Part shown: piece by piece, positions 16,852 to 26,518 of the stretch
Position numbering within the stretch: position 1 is the first letter of the stretch
How the letters are laid out: each line of letters starts with the position of its first letter
NCBI GenBank assembly: GCA_017470005.1
Contig: JAFUFH010000090.1
Span: forward strand, 1 to 55,062
Origin: Bacilli bacterium
GTDB lineage: Bacteria; Bacillota_I; Bacilli_A; RFN20; CAG-288
DNA length: 55,062 nt
Reading direction: 5' to 3'
The notes under the pieces: model-generated
Databases searched by the model: none
Told to the model about the DNA's origin: nothing
What the model saw: the letters and a program-made list of their open reading frames with translations, nothing else
Position numbers and translations under genes: made by a program

Positions 16852-19800
16852 TTAATTACCAGCGACTTGAGTTTCTTTGACTAAGAAGCGTTCTAAGATG
16901 ATCATGGCAATACTAGCCGCAGCGATACCAAAGCCAGCAAAGGTGATGACCTTAAGAACCACGATCCACCAGGATTCAATCGGGATGATGGTGGCAGAGG
17001 AAGTGAGGCCGTTCATAGCGATAGAGTGAGCGATGGATTGGACGATACGTTTGGCGGCAACATGCATACAATGCACGATGGCTTTATCGTTCTCATATCC
17101 ATTGAGAGTACCAGCGGTACCGGAACCATCCCACAAATCTTGACCAGCTAAGACACCCATAGCGATGTCCATATAATCGGCGAAGACAGAACAGTCAGTG
17201 ATGGCAGCACCCTTCATACCCCATTCGTTACGTAAGACATTGGTCATGAGGTTGTAATCAGAACCTGCCCAAACAACACCTAAACGGTTGAAGGAGGTCA
17301 TGACACCTGCACCACCACCTAAGACAGAACCTTCAAAGGCTCTGAGATAGATTTCACGGATACTTTGTTCATTTGCCCAAGTGGAGAGACCGTAACGACC
17401 AGATTCTTGATCGTTGAGAGCGAAGTGCTTTGTGAAGACATAGATACCTCTTTCTTGGATGGCTCTAACTTCGTGTTCTAATGCTTTAGAAGTGAGGAGA
17501 GAGTCTTCAGAGAAGTATTCGAAGTTGCGACCGCAATAAGGAGTTCTGTGAATATTTCCACCAGGACCATATAAACCAGAGGTTCTTATATCCGCTTTAT
17601 TGTCGGCTTTTCCGCAGTCTTCTCCGATGAAGGAGCCCATCTTAGAAATCATGTCGATATTTCTAGTTGCTGCCATGATGTCTTCAGAGGTGTAACCCAT
17701 ACCGGAAGCACCAAATTGTAAGGATTTGGTATAACCTTGAGGACCATTTTCATCATAAGTTCCAGGTAAACCTAAGGAACCGATAGGTTGTGTGGCGTGG
17801 AAGCCATTACCGATGAGCTTATGGAGGTCTTCGAAAGAAGCTTGCTCGACAAGGTCTTGCCATAATTTGGCGCCTTCTTCTGTCTTATGATCTTCAGTGA
17901 TATCTCTCTTTTGGAACATGATAGCGGTTAAACCATTCTGTTGATTGAACTTTTCTAATTCGGTGATGTCAGAATAGTGAGCGGCTTTCATCTTTTCGAC
18001 GATAGCTTTTCTTCCTTCGGGAGTAGCAATCAAACCATCTTCCCACATCTTAGGAGAAATCTTAAGAGTTGGTCTTGTTGAAGCAGTGGGCATTGTTCCG
18101 ACCCAATCTTTACGAGTTAAGTATTTGATAGATTGGTCATCTTTGGTTCCTTCGTACTTGTTTAAGTCGGCGTGATCGAATTGGTTGGTGACTTTATAAC
18201 CTGTCTCTTCAGAAGTGGAACAAGTTGTGCTATCTAATTCATTTAAGGTCCATTTGGCGGTGTTGGCTGCTTTACCTTCCGCATCCATTTTGCCGGTGGT
18301 AGAAGAAGGAGTGTAACCTTTGGCGGCTAAGATATTGTTCAAAGCTTCGTGAGCACCGTTACCAATAGAGAAGTAGTAATCGCCTTTATCTAAGATATAG
18401 GTCTTAGCGAGGTTAGCATCATAAGAGGCGATATCTCTCTTCTTGATGGTGATGTTCACTGTTTCGCTTTCACCCGCTTTGACGATACCCGTTTTGGCAA
18501 AGCCAGCTAATTGAACTGCGGCTTTTTCGACACCATTTTCTCTGTCATAGTCGGTGTAGGGAGTTTGAACATAGATTTCCGCGGAGTTTTTACCATCGAC
18601 GGAACCCTTGTTTTCTACTTTGACAGAAACATCGAAATGGTCACCGTTTTCTTTCACATTGAGATTGGAATATTCCCAAGTGGTATAAGATTCACCAAAA
18701 CCGAAGGGGTAAGCAACATCATCATGATATCTGTATTCACCAGCATTTCCGTTACCTGTGACAAAGTCTTCATAACGGGTTTCATAATACTTGTATCCGA
18801 TGTAGATACCTTCTTGATAAACCATGTAATTCTCATTACATTCACCAGATTTACCCGGTTGATTGTATTGAACCCAAGAAGTCTTGTATTCACCCGTCAT
18901 ACCAGAGGCAGAAGAGTTAGTGAAGGCGTGTAAGCCGAAGTTGATGGCGGCAGGAGAGGTTCTATTGTTATTTAAGAAAGTCTCCGCCAAACGTCCGGAA
19001 GGATTGGTGTCTCCCGCTAAGATAGAAGCGACACCTTCCATACCATGAGTACCAGGGTCACCGATCCATAAGGCGGCATCGATGCCATAGGTGTCGGAAG
19101 TGAGGAAGTCGAGTTTGACTAAGTTAGAACCGTTGAGCAAGACAACAATCTTTTTGAAGACACCGTTGTCTTTGTATTGCTTCAATCCGGTTAACATATC
19201 GATTTCATTCTGATTGAGTCTTAAGTAATCGCCATCGATACCATCGGCGCATTCACTCATCGGTAAGTCGTTACCTTCACCACCAGAACGGGCGATGAAG
19301 ACAAGGGCGACATCTCCGTAATCGGCAAAGGAATCTTCCACTTCTGGAGTGATGACTTCCGCCCAAGGGGCTTCGTTGATACGATATTGATCAATGGTTC
19401 CACCAGAGGTGGCAGCATTGACTCTACGGTATTGAGTCAGATCATTGAAATAGTGGTTGTAGAGAACGTTGTTGGTACACTTTTTCGCAAAGTGTGCATT
19501 TAAACCAGCACGGATGGTGGTAGCTTGAGAGATGTTGACTTGACCAGAACCAGTACCGCCATAGACAGGGTCGACAGAAGAGGTAGAGAACATAGAGAAT
19601 TTGGTTGTCTTAGCTAAAGGAAGGGTATTGTTTTCGTTCTTGAGAAGAACAGCACCTTCGGCTTCTAAGTTTGTGCATAGTTCTTTTTCATCCTCTGCTA
19701 ACTTTTTACTTCCTTCTTCTGTGTTAGGATAGTTGGTTTTGTAGTATTCTGTGTCTTCTTCATTACCACCGGTGTCTTTGATCTCGAATGTTTTAACATT

Positions 19801-19923
19801 CCAAGTACCATCTAATTGGGTTTTGAAGAGGGGGGATACTCCCCAGGCAACAGCACCTACGACACCAAGGAATCCGAAAACAGAGGAGAGGGAGATCCAT
19901 AATGGTGTGTGTTTTTTCTTCAT
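16852..19923 (-). CDS. GH3 beta-glycosidase, permuted domain order, N- and C-terminal membrane segments
   Basis: Start moved to MKKKH (SD AAGGAG); EGAVLLKN, YQEGIYIGYKYYE, GRNFEYFSED, KHF and AITDC motifs. Confidence 0.95.
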   Translation of the reverse strand: MKKKHTPLWISLSSVFGFLGVVGAVAWGVSPLFKTQLDGTWNVKTFEIKDTGGNEEDTEYYKTNYPNTEEGSKKLAEDEKELCTNLEAEGAVLLKNENNTLPLAKTTKFSMFSTSSVDPVYGGTGSGQVNISQATTIRAGLNAHFAKKCTNNVLYNHYFNDLTQYRRVNAATSGGTIDQYRINEAPWAEVITPEVEDSFADYGDVALVFIARSGGEGNDLPMSECADGIDGDYLRLNQNEIDMLTGLKQYKDNGVFKKIVVLLNGSNLVKLDFLTSDTYGIDAALWIGDPGTHGMEGVASILAGDTNPSGRLAETFLNNNRTSPAAINFGLHAFTNSSASGMTGEYKTSWVQYNQPGKSGECNENYMVYQEGIYIGYKYYETRYEDFVTGNGNAGEYRYHDDVAYPFGFGESYTTWEYSNLNVKENGDHFDVSVKVENKGSVDGKNSAEIYVQTPYTDYDRENGVEKAAVQLAGFAKTGIVKAGESETVNITIKKRDIASYDANLAKTYILDKGDYYFSIGNGAHEALNNILAAKGYTPSSTTGKMDAEGKAANTAKWTLNELDSTTCSTSEETGYKVTNQFDHADLNKYEGTKDDQSIKYLTRKDWVGTMPTASTRPTLKISPKMWEDGLIATPEGRKAIVEKMKAAHYSDITELEKFNQQNGLTAIMFQKRDITEDHKTEEGAKLWQDLVEQASFEDLHKLIGNGFHATQPIGSLGLPGTYDENGPQGYTKSLQFGASGMGYTSEDIMAATRNIDMISKMGSFIGEDCGKADNKADIRTSGLYGPGGNIHRTPYCGRNFEYFSEDSLLTSKALEHEVRAIQERGIYVFTKHFALNDQESGRYGLSTWANEQSIREIYLRAFEGSVLGGGAGVMTSFNRLGVVWAGSDYNLMTNVLRNEWGMKGAAITDCSVFADYMDIAMGVLAGQDLWDGSGTAGTLNGYENDKAIVHCMHVAAKRIVQSIAHSIAMNGLTSSATIIPIESWWIVVLKVITFAGFGIAAASIAMIILERFLVKETQVAGN

Positions 19924-19972
19924 ATTTTGCTCCTTTTCATGAAGAAAGACTGGACGTCTTTTCTTGGCTAAT

Positions 19973-20040
19973 ACTTTAATCACTTTGCCAAAAAGAAAAC
20001 GCTCACATTCAAAAATTGTAGGTTCATGAGCAAAAACTGT
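19973..20040 (-). promoter_or_regulatory. LytTR-type direct-repeat pair plus -10 box (site D)
   Basis: CAAAAATTGT 20010-20019 and CAAAAACTGT 20031-20040; minus-strand -10 TAAAGT at 19973-19978, 31 nt away. Confidence 0.85.
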
Positions 20041-20143
20041 CGCTCAAAGGGAAAATATATAGTTGAATATATTTATTAATATAAAGATTTAAGTAGAAAA
20101 AAAGCTCGGCGTTTCCACCGAGCGAAAGGAAAGGATTAATTTA

Positions 20144-21619
20144 TTAGGAAGACTGTTTCTTCATGTTCTTCTTTTGAGAATACATGAGAATATCTGCTCT
20201 CTTGAAGACATCCTCTACACAAGTGTCCTGGCTAGGATTGAAGGTAGAGTAGCCTAGAGCGGCAGAGACGGTCTTTGTCAATTGAGATTCGTCATTATTG
20301 AGAGGAGAGGAAACTTCATCGTTGAAATTTTGGATGAGAGCTTCAGCATTCTCATAATCTTTTTCTTTTAAGATGACGACGAATTCATCTCCACCGATAC
20401 GATAAGCGGGAGAGTGAACGAATGTCTTTTGAATGAGTTTTCCTAAGCGGATGAGAGCTTGATCACCTTCGACGTGACCAAAGTCATCGTTGATCATCTT
20501 CAAATAGTTGAGGTCGATCATGGCGATGCCGAAGTGTTGCATCTTTCCTTCTTTGATTTGATCGTTGATTAAGTTTTCATCGCTGGTATAGGCGATCTTA
20601 TTATAGAGCCCTGTGAGAGCATCACTGTTAGCTAAAACGGTGATACGAACGTTTTCTTGCTGAGATTGGATGAGTTGTTCATTGGTTTTGGTAAGCTCAT
20701 CGATTTTGTTGCTGACATCTTCTTCCATTTTGACAAGAGATCTTCCTAAGTCACCGATCTCGTCGTTGACGGTGGTGTTAATCTTAGAGAACTCTTTTCT
20801 TGTCTTTTCTAAGTTGGAACTGTCGTAAGAGCTAGCAATTTTAGTTAAACCTTTTAAAGGCTTAATGATACCGAATTGAGAGATAATTAACGCAAACACG
20901 GACACAACAAGAGCGGTGGACATGGTGTAGATGAAGAGTTGGATGATATTTCCTGCTTGGTGAGCACGGATAACTTTTAAGCTGATATCGGTTGCCATGT
21001 AGCCGATGACTTCATCGTTGTGATAAATCGGTTTTCCTGCGGTGACCAATTGACCAAAGTCGGCATAATCGACAATACTGGCAGGGAAGCCGTTAGCGGG
21101 GTCTTTTCTGATAGCTGCTTTTGCGTCTTCGTTCATCTCATCGATAGATCCGATAGGGCAAGGATCGACTAAGTCTCCGTCGGCGACATAAATACAGTTT
21201 TCATTCTCGATATCGACGAAGGTGATATAGATACAATCAATTTCGTGGGAATTGGCTCTTTCTACTTTTTGTAAGAAGTTGATGAGATCTTTGTAGTTTT
21301 GACTTTCTTCTAGAGTGGTAAACTGTTCCACATAAGCGTTCCAGGCATCAGAACCCCACTCATCATTTCTCGGTTTGGTTTCCGAGTTTTCGTAAATCAG
21401 CTTTACTTCTTCAATCAAATCATGGGCTTTTTGCGTGTCCACTGTTGCCGCTACCGTTCCTGCAAGGGAAGAAGCGATATCTTTGTATTGCTGACGATTA
21501 GAAGAAGAAGAGACCAACGAGAAATAAGCCATTGCAACTTCAACAAGAAGAATGACTAAGACATAAATAAAGATGATGGACTTCGCTTGAATCGTGAAAC
21601 GTAACTTCTTTTTTTGCAT
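20144..21619 (-). CDS. Membrane sensor diguanylate cyclase (TM-sensor-TM-HAMP-GGDEF)
   Basis: DALTGLYN, IDLNYLKMINDDFGH and YRIGGDEF motifs; two TM segments. Confidence 0.93.
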   Translation of the reverse strand: MQKKKLRFTIQAKSIIFIYVLVILLVEVAMAYFSLVSSSSNRQQYKDIASSLAGTVAATVDTQKAHDLIEEVKLIYENSETKPRNDEWGSDAWNAYVEQFTTLEESQNYKDLINFLQKVERANSHEIDCIYITFVDIENENCIYVADGDLVDPCPIGSIDEMNEDAKAAIRKDPANGFPASIVDYADFGQLVTAGKPIYHNDEVIGYMATDISLKVIRAHQAGNIIQLFIYTMSTALVVSVFALIISQFGIIKPLKGLTKIASSYDSSNLEKTRKEFSKINTTVNDEIGDLGRSLVKMEEDVSNKIDELTKTNEQLIQSQQENVRITVLANSDALTGLYNKIAYTSDENLINDQIKEGKMQHFGIAMIDLNYLKMINDDFGHVEGDQALIRLGKLIQKTFVHSPAYRIGGDEFVVILKEKDYENAEALIQNFNDEVSSPLNNDESQLTKTVSAALGYSTFNPSQDTCVEDVFKRADILMYSQKKNMKKQSS

Positions 21620-21681
21620 AGTTTTGACCTAAAAAAACCAGGGTCACGCAAAGAGTGGCACTGGCTCATAAAAAGTCATAA

Positions 21682-21762
21682 ATGTGCAACTGGCTGCCTT
21701 AAAATTGAGGGCCCTCTAGCTTTGCGTCACCGGATTTCTCCGGGTTTGCCGATAAAAACATC
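21682..21762 (-). ncRNA. c-di-GMP-I (GEMM) riboswitch aptamer
   Basis: Minus strand GGCAAACCCGGA-GAAA-TCCGGTGACGCAAAGCTAGAGGG...CAGCCAGTTGC; P1 ATGT/ACAT. Confidence 0.92.
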
Positions 21763-21768
21763 TAGTTA

Positions 21769-21797
21769 ATAATACTTGTGTTGAGAATACCTGTCAA
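21769..21797 (-). promoter_or_regulatory. Sigma-A promoter for the riboswitch-DGC transcript
   Basis: TTGACA-17 nt-TATTAT on the minus strand, directly upstream of the aptamer. Confidence 0.8.
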
Positions 21798-21879
21798 GAA
21801 TTATTTTGGTAATATTTGCATAAATATCATATTTCGGATGTGTTTTTTACAAAAATTAGATAAAAAATACGATTTGCAC

Positions 21880-21911
21880 AAAAAATCTCCCACAGGTTTT
21901 TCTGTGGGAGA
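21880..21911 (-). terminator. glnS terminator
   Basis: TCTCCCACAG/CTGTGGGAGA stem with minus-strand T-run. Confidence 0.8.
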
Positions 21912-21918
21912 AAAAGAT

Positions 21919-23580
21919 TTACTGATGAGGTGCGTTAGGGTTGAAAGAAGACTTTAAGGAGCAAGTTCTATTGAAGATGAGATGATCTTTGGTAGAGAGT
22001 TTGTCGGTGCAGAAATATCCGGTACGGACAAATTGGAAGTGATCTCCAGGAAGGGTATCTTTAGCCTCGGCTTCAATGAATCCTTCCTTGACTTGCCAAG
22101 AGTTGGGGTTGAGTCTCTCTAAGAAATTGGTGCCCTTGGTTTCTTCGGTCTCATCAAAGATGAGAACATCGAAGAGGTTGAAGGTGGCCTTTAAGCCAGT
22201 GGAAGCTTCCACATATTGGATGGTGCCATTAGGCTTTCTTCCATCGGTAGAATTGCCTTGCTTGGTGTTGGGGTCATAAGTGGCGTGAACACGGATGATG
22301 TTTCCTTGTTCATCTTTATCCACAGACACAGCTTTGATGAAGTAAGTGTTCATCAATCTGACTTCTGTATCTAAGGCAAGACGTTTCCATTTCTTGTTGG
22401 GTTTGACTTCAACAAAGTCTTCTTTTTCGATATAGATGTGTTTAGAGAAAGTGATGGTGTGAGAACCCAGTTCTGGGTTTTCCATGTTGTTAAGAGCTTG
22501 GAAAGTCTCTGTCTGTCCTTCTGGATAGTTATCGATGACCACTTCTAAGGGATCGATGACAGCCATGAGACGCTTGGCACTCAATTTTTGATCTTCCATG
22601 AGATAGTGATCAAGGATAGAAGCATCGGTGGTGGAGTTGATTCTAGAAAGACCAGTGTAGAGGATGAATTCACGGATAGCAGAAGCGGTGACACCTTTTC
22701 TTCTCAAGCCGACAAGAGTAGGCATTCTAGGATCATCATAACCGGTGACATATTTCCCTTCGACAAGCTGTCTTAAATATCTCTTGGACATGATGGTATT
22801 GGTGATGTTGAGTCTTCCCCACTCGTATTGATGAGGAGCGGGAGACATCTCACATTTTTCGATGACCCAATCATATAAAGGACGATGGTTATCGTATTCG
22901 ATAGAGCAGAGAGAATGGGTGATTCCTTCAAAAGCATCTTGTAAAGGATGAGCGAAATCATACATCGGATAGATGCACCATTTCTTGCCTTGTCTATGGT
23001 GTTCGACATGCAAGATACGATATAAGACAGGATCGCGCATGTTGATGTTAGGAGAGGACATGTCGATCTTGGCACGAAGAGTCTTTTCTCCATCTTTGTA
23101 TTTGCCTGCTTTCATCTCTTCAAAGAGGCGAAGGTTTTCTTCCACACTTCTATCGCGGTAAGGAGAATTCTTACCAGGTTCCGTTAAGGTACCTCTATAA
23201 GCGGTGGTTTCTTCGGGAGAGAGATCATCGACATAGGCTAAACCTTTCTTGATCAATTCGACGGCCTTTTCATAGGTGGCATCAAAATAATCGGAACCGA
23301 AGAGGACTTGATCCGGATGATATCCTAACCACTCGATGTCTTTTAAGATGGCGTCGACATATTCGGCGCCTTCGTTGACAGGGTTGGTGTCATCAAAACG
23401 GAGATTGGTCTTGCCGTTGAAAGCCATGGCCAATTCAAAGTCATTGATGATGGCTCTAGCGTGACCAATGTGAAGATAGGCGTTAGGCTCAGGAGGAAAA
23501 CGGGTCTTGATCTCGCTGACACGACCTTCCTCTAAGTCTTTTTCCATGATGGTTTTAATGAAATTGTTGATCTCTGTCAT
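21919..23580 (-). CDS. glnS: Glutamine--tRNA ligase
   Basis: TRFPPEPNAYLHIGHA, MSKR, WCIYPMYDFAH and FQFVRTGYF motifs. Confidence 0.97.
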   Translation of the reverse strand: MTEINNFIKTIMEKDLEEGRVSEIKTRFPPEPNAYLHIGHARAIINDFELAMAFNGKTNLRFDDTNPVNEGAEYVDAILKDIEWLGYHPDQVLFGSDYFDATYEKAVELIKKGLAYVDDLSPEETTAYRGTLTEPGKNSPYRDRSVEENLRLFEEMKAGKYKDGEKTLRAKIDMSSPNINMRDPVLYRILHVEHHRQGKKWCIYPMYDFAHPLQDAFEGITHSLCSIEYDNHRPLYDWVIEKCEMSPAPHQYEWGRLNITNTIMSKRYLRQLVEGKYVTGYDDPRMPTLVGLRRKGVTASAIREFILYTGLSRINSTTDASILDHYLMEDQKLSAKRLMAVIDPLEVVIDNYPEGQTETFQALNNMENPELGSHTITFSKHIYIEKEDFVEVKPNKKWKRLALDTEVRLMNTYFIKAVSVDKDEQGNIIRVHATYDPNTKQGNSTDGRKPNGTIQYVEASTGLKATFNLFDVLIFDETEETKGTNFLERLNPNSWQVKEGFIEAEAKDTLPGDHFQFVRTGYFCTDKLSTKDHLIFNRTCSLKSSFNPNAPHQ

Positions 23581-23663
23581 AACTGTACCTCTTCTAAATT
23601 GTGTTTATAAAATAAATACGGGTAATACAATAACAAATATTTTATGAAAAAGAAATGAAAACA

Positions 23664-24107
23664 TCACTTGAGAATGTTATCTAAGATATCTTTTACACAT
23701 TGGCGAAGCTCTTCCACCACTAAAGCATAATTTCCAGAATACCAAGGATCCTCTATCTCGACAATCCCAGGGGAGAAATAAAAGACAGGAAGGCATTTGG
23801 AAAGATTGTGAAAATAGCGTTCTAATCTTCGCTTGTTTTCATAATCCATGTAAAAGAGATAGTCGCACTCATCCAATTCTTTTTGGGTGAGCCAATAGGA
23901 TTCATGAGGATAAAGCTTCACTTTTTGCTTGATGAGCTCTCTCTTCATCGGTGGATAGATGGGATTAGATATCTCTTCGCTAGAGAGAGCTTTAGATGAC
24001 ACTTCAAAGAGAGAGGAGACTCCTCTTCTTTCTGCTTCTTGTCGAAATAGCATCTCCGCAGCAGGAGAACGACAGATGCTACCATGACAAACAAAAATGA
24101 TTTTCAT
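23664..24107 (-). CDS. Low-molecular-weight protein tyrosine phosphatase
   Basis: FVCHGSICRS P-loop; EDPWY. Confidence 0.9.
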   Translation of the reverse strand: MKIIFVCHGSICRSPAAEMLFRQEAERRGVSSLFEVSSKALSSEEISNPIYPPMKRELIKQKVKLYPHESYWLTQKELDECDYLFYMDYENKRRLERYFHNLSKCLPVFYFSPGIVEIEDPWYSGNYALVVEELRQCVKDILDNILK

Positions 24108-24190
24108 ACTCTTATTTTAACGAAATTCTTTTCTTTCATAAAGTTTTACTTTGACAAGATAATATTTATGTTATTAAATGAAATAGAGAT

Positions 24191-25237
24191 ATGAAAATTG
24201 CATTATGTATTCCCATCTATGAACCAAGCGATAAAGTTCTCCCTTTCTTAAAGCAATTTAGAGAAGGAGATTTTGACGCTTTTTTGGTGGTAAATGATGG
24301 TTCAGATTCCAGATTTGATGAGATTTATCAAAGAATCGAAGAAGAGACTCTCTTCCATGTCGTTTCTTATGAGAAGAATCACGGCAAAGGTTACGCTCTT
24401 CGTTATGGATTCACTTATTTGAGAGAACATGTGGAAGATTTAGGATGGATAGAAACTGCAGATGGGGATGGTCAACACACCTATTCGGATATTCTTCATG
24501 TCAAACAAGTCGCTTTTGAAAACCCGGATTCTTTAATTTTAGGAAGCAGAGATATTCATCTTCCTTATGTACCTGACCGGTCTAAAATCGGTAACAAATT
24601 ATCTAACGCTTATTTCTTATGGGAAACGAATCACAATTTAAAAGATACGCAAACAGGACTGAGAGTCATTCCGAAGAAATTATTTCCTATCGCAAATAGA
24701 ACTTACGGAAATCGTTTTGAATACGAGCTCAATTTTTTGACCAATTCTGCCCCGGTTACCCCCTTTGTTGAAGTAGATATTGAGACCGTTTATGAAGGAA
24801 ATAATACCGGAAGTCATTTCCGTCCCATCCATGATACCGTCAGACTTTACCGTATTCCTTTATTGACCAAGGTATTAAGAATCGCTTGTTGGGCTTTAGA
24901 ATTAGTTCTCTTCTTTGTGTTTTCTACTTTTGTTTTCCAAAACGAAGGAAATTTGATGATTTTCGCTTCTAATACTGGGGCATGGTATAGTTCCTATTTT
25001 CTCTTCTTTTTCTTGCTAGTCTTTGCTATCTATCAATGTAAGATGCGTATTACCAGGAGACAGTTATTCCTATTGTTCTATCACTTTGCTACCTATGGTA
25101 TTACTACCCTCTTGCTCTACCTGGTGAAAGACACCCCACTACCACTGACTTTATGGAAGTTCTTCTTCGATGCTGCTCTCTTGACTCTTTGGTTTATCAT
25201 TCATATCATCTCTTATAAAATTCACTTAAAAAAATAG
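24191..25237 (+). CDS. GT2 glycosyltransferase with C-terminal GtrA-like TM domain
   Basis: IPIYEP, VNDGS, GKGYAL, DGDGQH and DTQTGLR motifs; 4 C-terminal TMs. Confidence 0.88.
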   Translation: MKIALCIPIYEPSDKVLPFLKQFREGDFDAFLVVNDGSDSRFDEIYQRIEEETLFHVVSYEKNHGKGYALRYGFTYLREHVEDLGWIETADGDGQHTYSDILHVKQVAFENPDSLILGSRDIHLPYVPDRSKIGNKLSNAYFLWETNHNLKDTQTGLRVIPKKLFPIANRTYGNRFEYELNFLTNSAPVTPFVEVDIETVYEGNNTGSHFRPIHDTVRLYRIPLLTKVLRIACWALELVLFFVFSTFVFQNEGNLMIFASNTGAWYSSYFLFFFLLVFAIYQCKMRITRRQLFLLFYHFATYGITTLLLYLVKDTPLPLTLWKFFFDAALLTLWFIIHIISYKIHLKK

Positions 25238-25261
25238 GCTGCAAACGCAGCCTTTTCTTTA

Positions 25262-26173
25262 TTAACAACTTCTTAATGCTTTTTCAATGTAATCAAAGAA
25301 GAGATTCACGTCAATCCCTGTAGCGACTTGGATGTAACTCTCTTTATTTGGTTTGCAACGAGTCTGCCCATACGTGATGGAATCGGAGATATCCACATCA
25401 ACATCCATATGTTCAAAATGAAGAATTTTATCATCGAGTAGACAAGCGATAGTGAGTGGATCGTGAAGAGGTCCACCATCTAGTCCAAACACTTCTTTCT
25501 GTGTCTTATTGAAGAATTTCATCAAAGCGACAAACATCTTAGAAGAGTGAGTTTTAATCTTATCCATTCTTTCGACAATCTCAGGTAGGACCAAGGCTTT
25601 TCTTGTGACATTTAATCCCACCATTCTCATAGGGATTTTGCTATCGAAACAAATCTTAGCAGCTTCGGCATCCGCTAGGATATTAAATTCCGCATAAGGA
25701 GTGAGATTTCCTTTATCGGTGCTTCCTCCCATAGAGATGATTTCTTCGATATGAGGAATGATTTCTGGATACTGAAGAAGGGCGCTAGCAAGATTGGTCA
25801 TAGGACCAGTTGTCACGACAGTTACTTTATCCTGAGAAAGAAGGGTGTCTTTTAAAAAGGTGACAGCATCTCTTTTCTCATACTGAAGATCATATTCGGG
25901 GAACGTAAAACCATCTAAACCGCTCTCTCCATGGATCTCTCCACAATTGAGACGGCTTCTCTTTAAAGGCTTAGAAGCCCCTAAAGCGATAGGAACATCG
26001 CTATGGAGATAACGAGTGACATTTAAAGCGTTTCTTGCGGTTTTTTCTAAGGTTTGATTACCAGAGACCACACTGATACCAAGAAGGGAAAGAGAAGGAG
26101 AGCTTAACGCTAATAAGATAGCGATAGCATCATCGTGTCCAGGATCACAATCTAGAAAGATCTTTCTAGGCAT
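25262..26173 (-). CDS. Inosine-uridine-preferring nucleoside hydrolase
   Basis: DCDPGHDD, IHGESG, AEFNI and LHDP motifs; start moved to MPRK. Confidence 0.93.
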   Translation of the reverse strand: MPRKIFLDCDPGHDDAIAILLALSSPSLSLLGISVVSGNQTLEKTARNALNVTRYLHSDVPIALGASKPLKRSRLNCGEIHGESGLDGFTFPEYDLQYEKRDAVTFLKDTLLSQDKVTVVTTGPMTNLASALLQYPEIIPHIEEIISMGGSTDKGNLTPYAEFNILADAEAAKICFDSKIPMRMVGLNVTRKALVLPEIVERMDKIKTHSSKMFVALMKFFNKTQKEVFGLDGGPLHDPLTIACLLDDKILHFEHMDVDVDISDSITYGQTRCKPNKESYIQVATGIDVNLFFDYIEKALRSC

Positions 26174-26438
26174 CTTGATCCTCTTGCATTTCCACGAGGT
26201 GGTTATATTCATCAAAAACGGCTTCTATGATCTGTTCATCGGTGACGATATCATAGACTTTCTTTCCATCTTTTCTTTTGTGATAACGGAAAACAAAGGC
26301 CTCTTCATCTTCCATTCCTTCAATGGGTTTTACGGGCTTTAAAATGGCGTAATCTTTGGTGTTGAAAAAGATGGTGGCTAATTCTTCAAATTGGAGTTCT
26401 TCTCCATCTCCTGTCATTAAAGTGATGTATTCATCCAT
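26166..26438 (-). CDS. DUF1292 family protein
   Basis: Acidic 90 aa with the pattern YITL..DGEELQFE...YAILKP. Confidence 0.75.
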   Translation of the reverse strand: MDEYITLMTGDGEELQFEELATIFFNTKDYAILKPVKPIEGMEDEEAFVFRYHKRKDGKKVYDIVTDEQIIEAVFDEYNHLVEMQEDQDA

Positions 26439-26518
26439 GTGATTAATCCTCTTATAATTAATATAACAAAATCGTAAGAAAGATAGAAAAGGAAAGAATA
26501 GATTGATAGAATGTTGTT

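Noticed and set aside
5631-19942. Many 60-140 aa ORFs antisense or alternate-frame to long genes (also throughout 22-49 kb)
   Set aside because: Shadow ORFs from codon bias, with no RBS or recognisable motifs
23664-24107. UGA-as-Trp (code 4) given the Mollicutes-like traits
   Set aside because: Long genes are intact under code 11 using TGG for Trp, and TGA ends genes such as this one at the expected length
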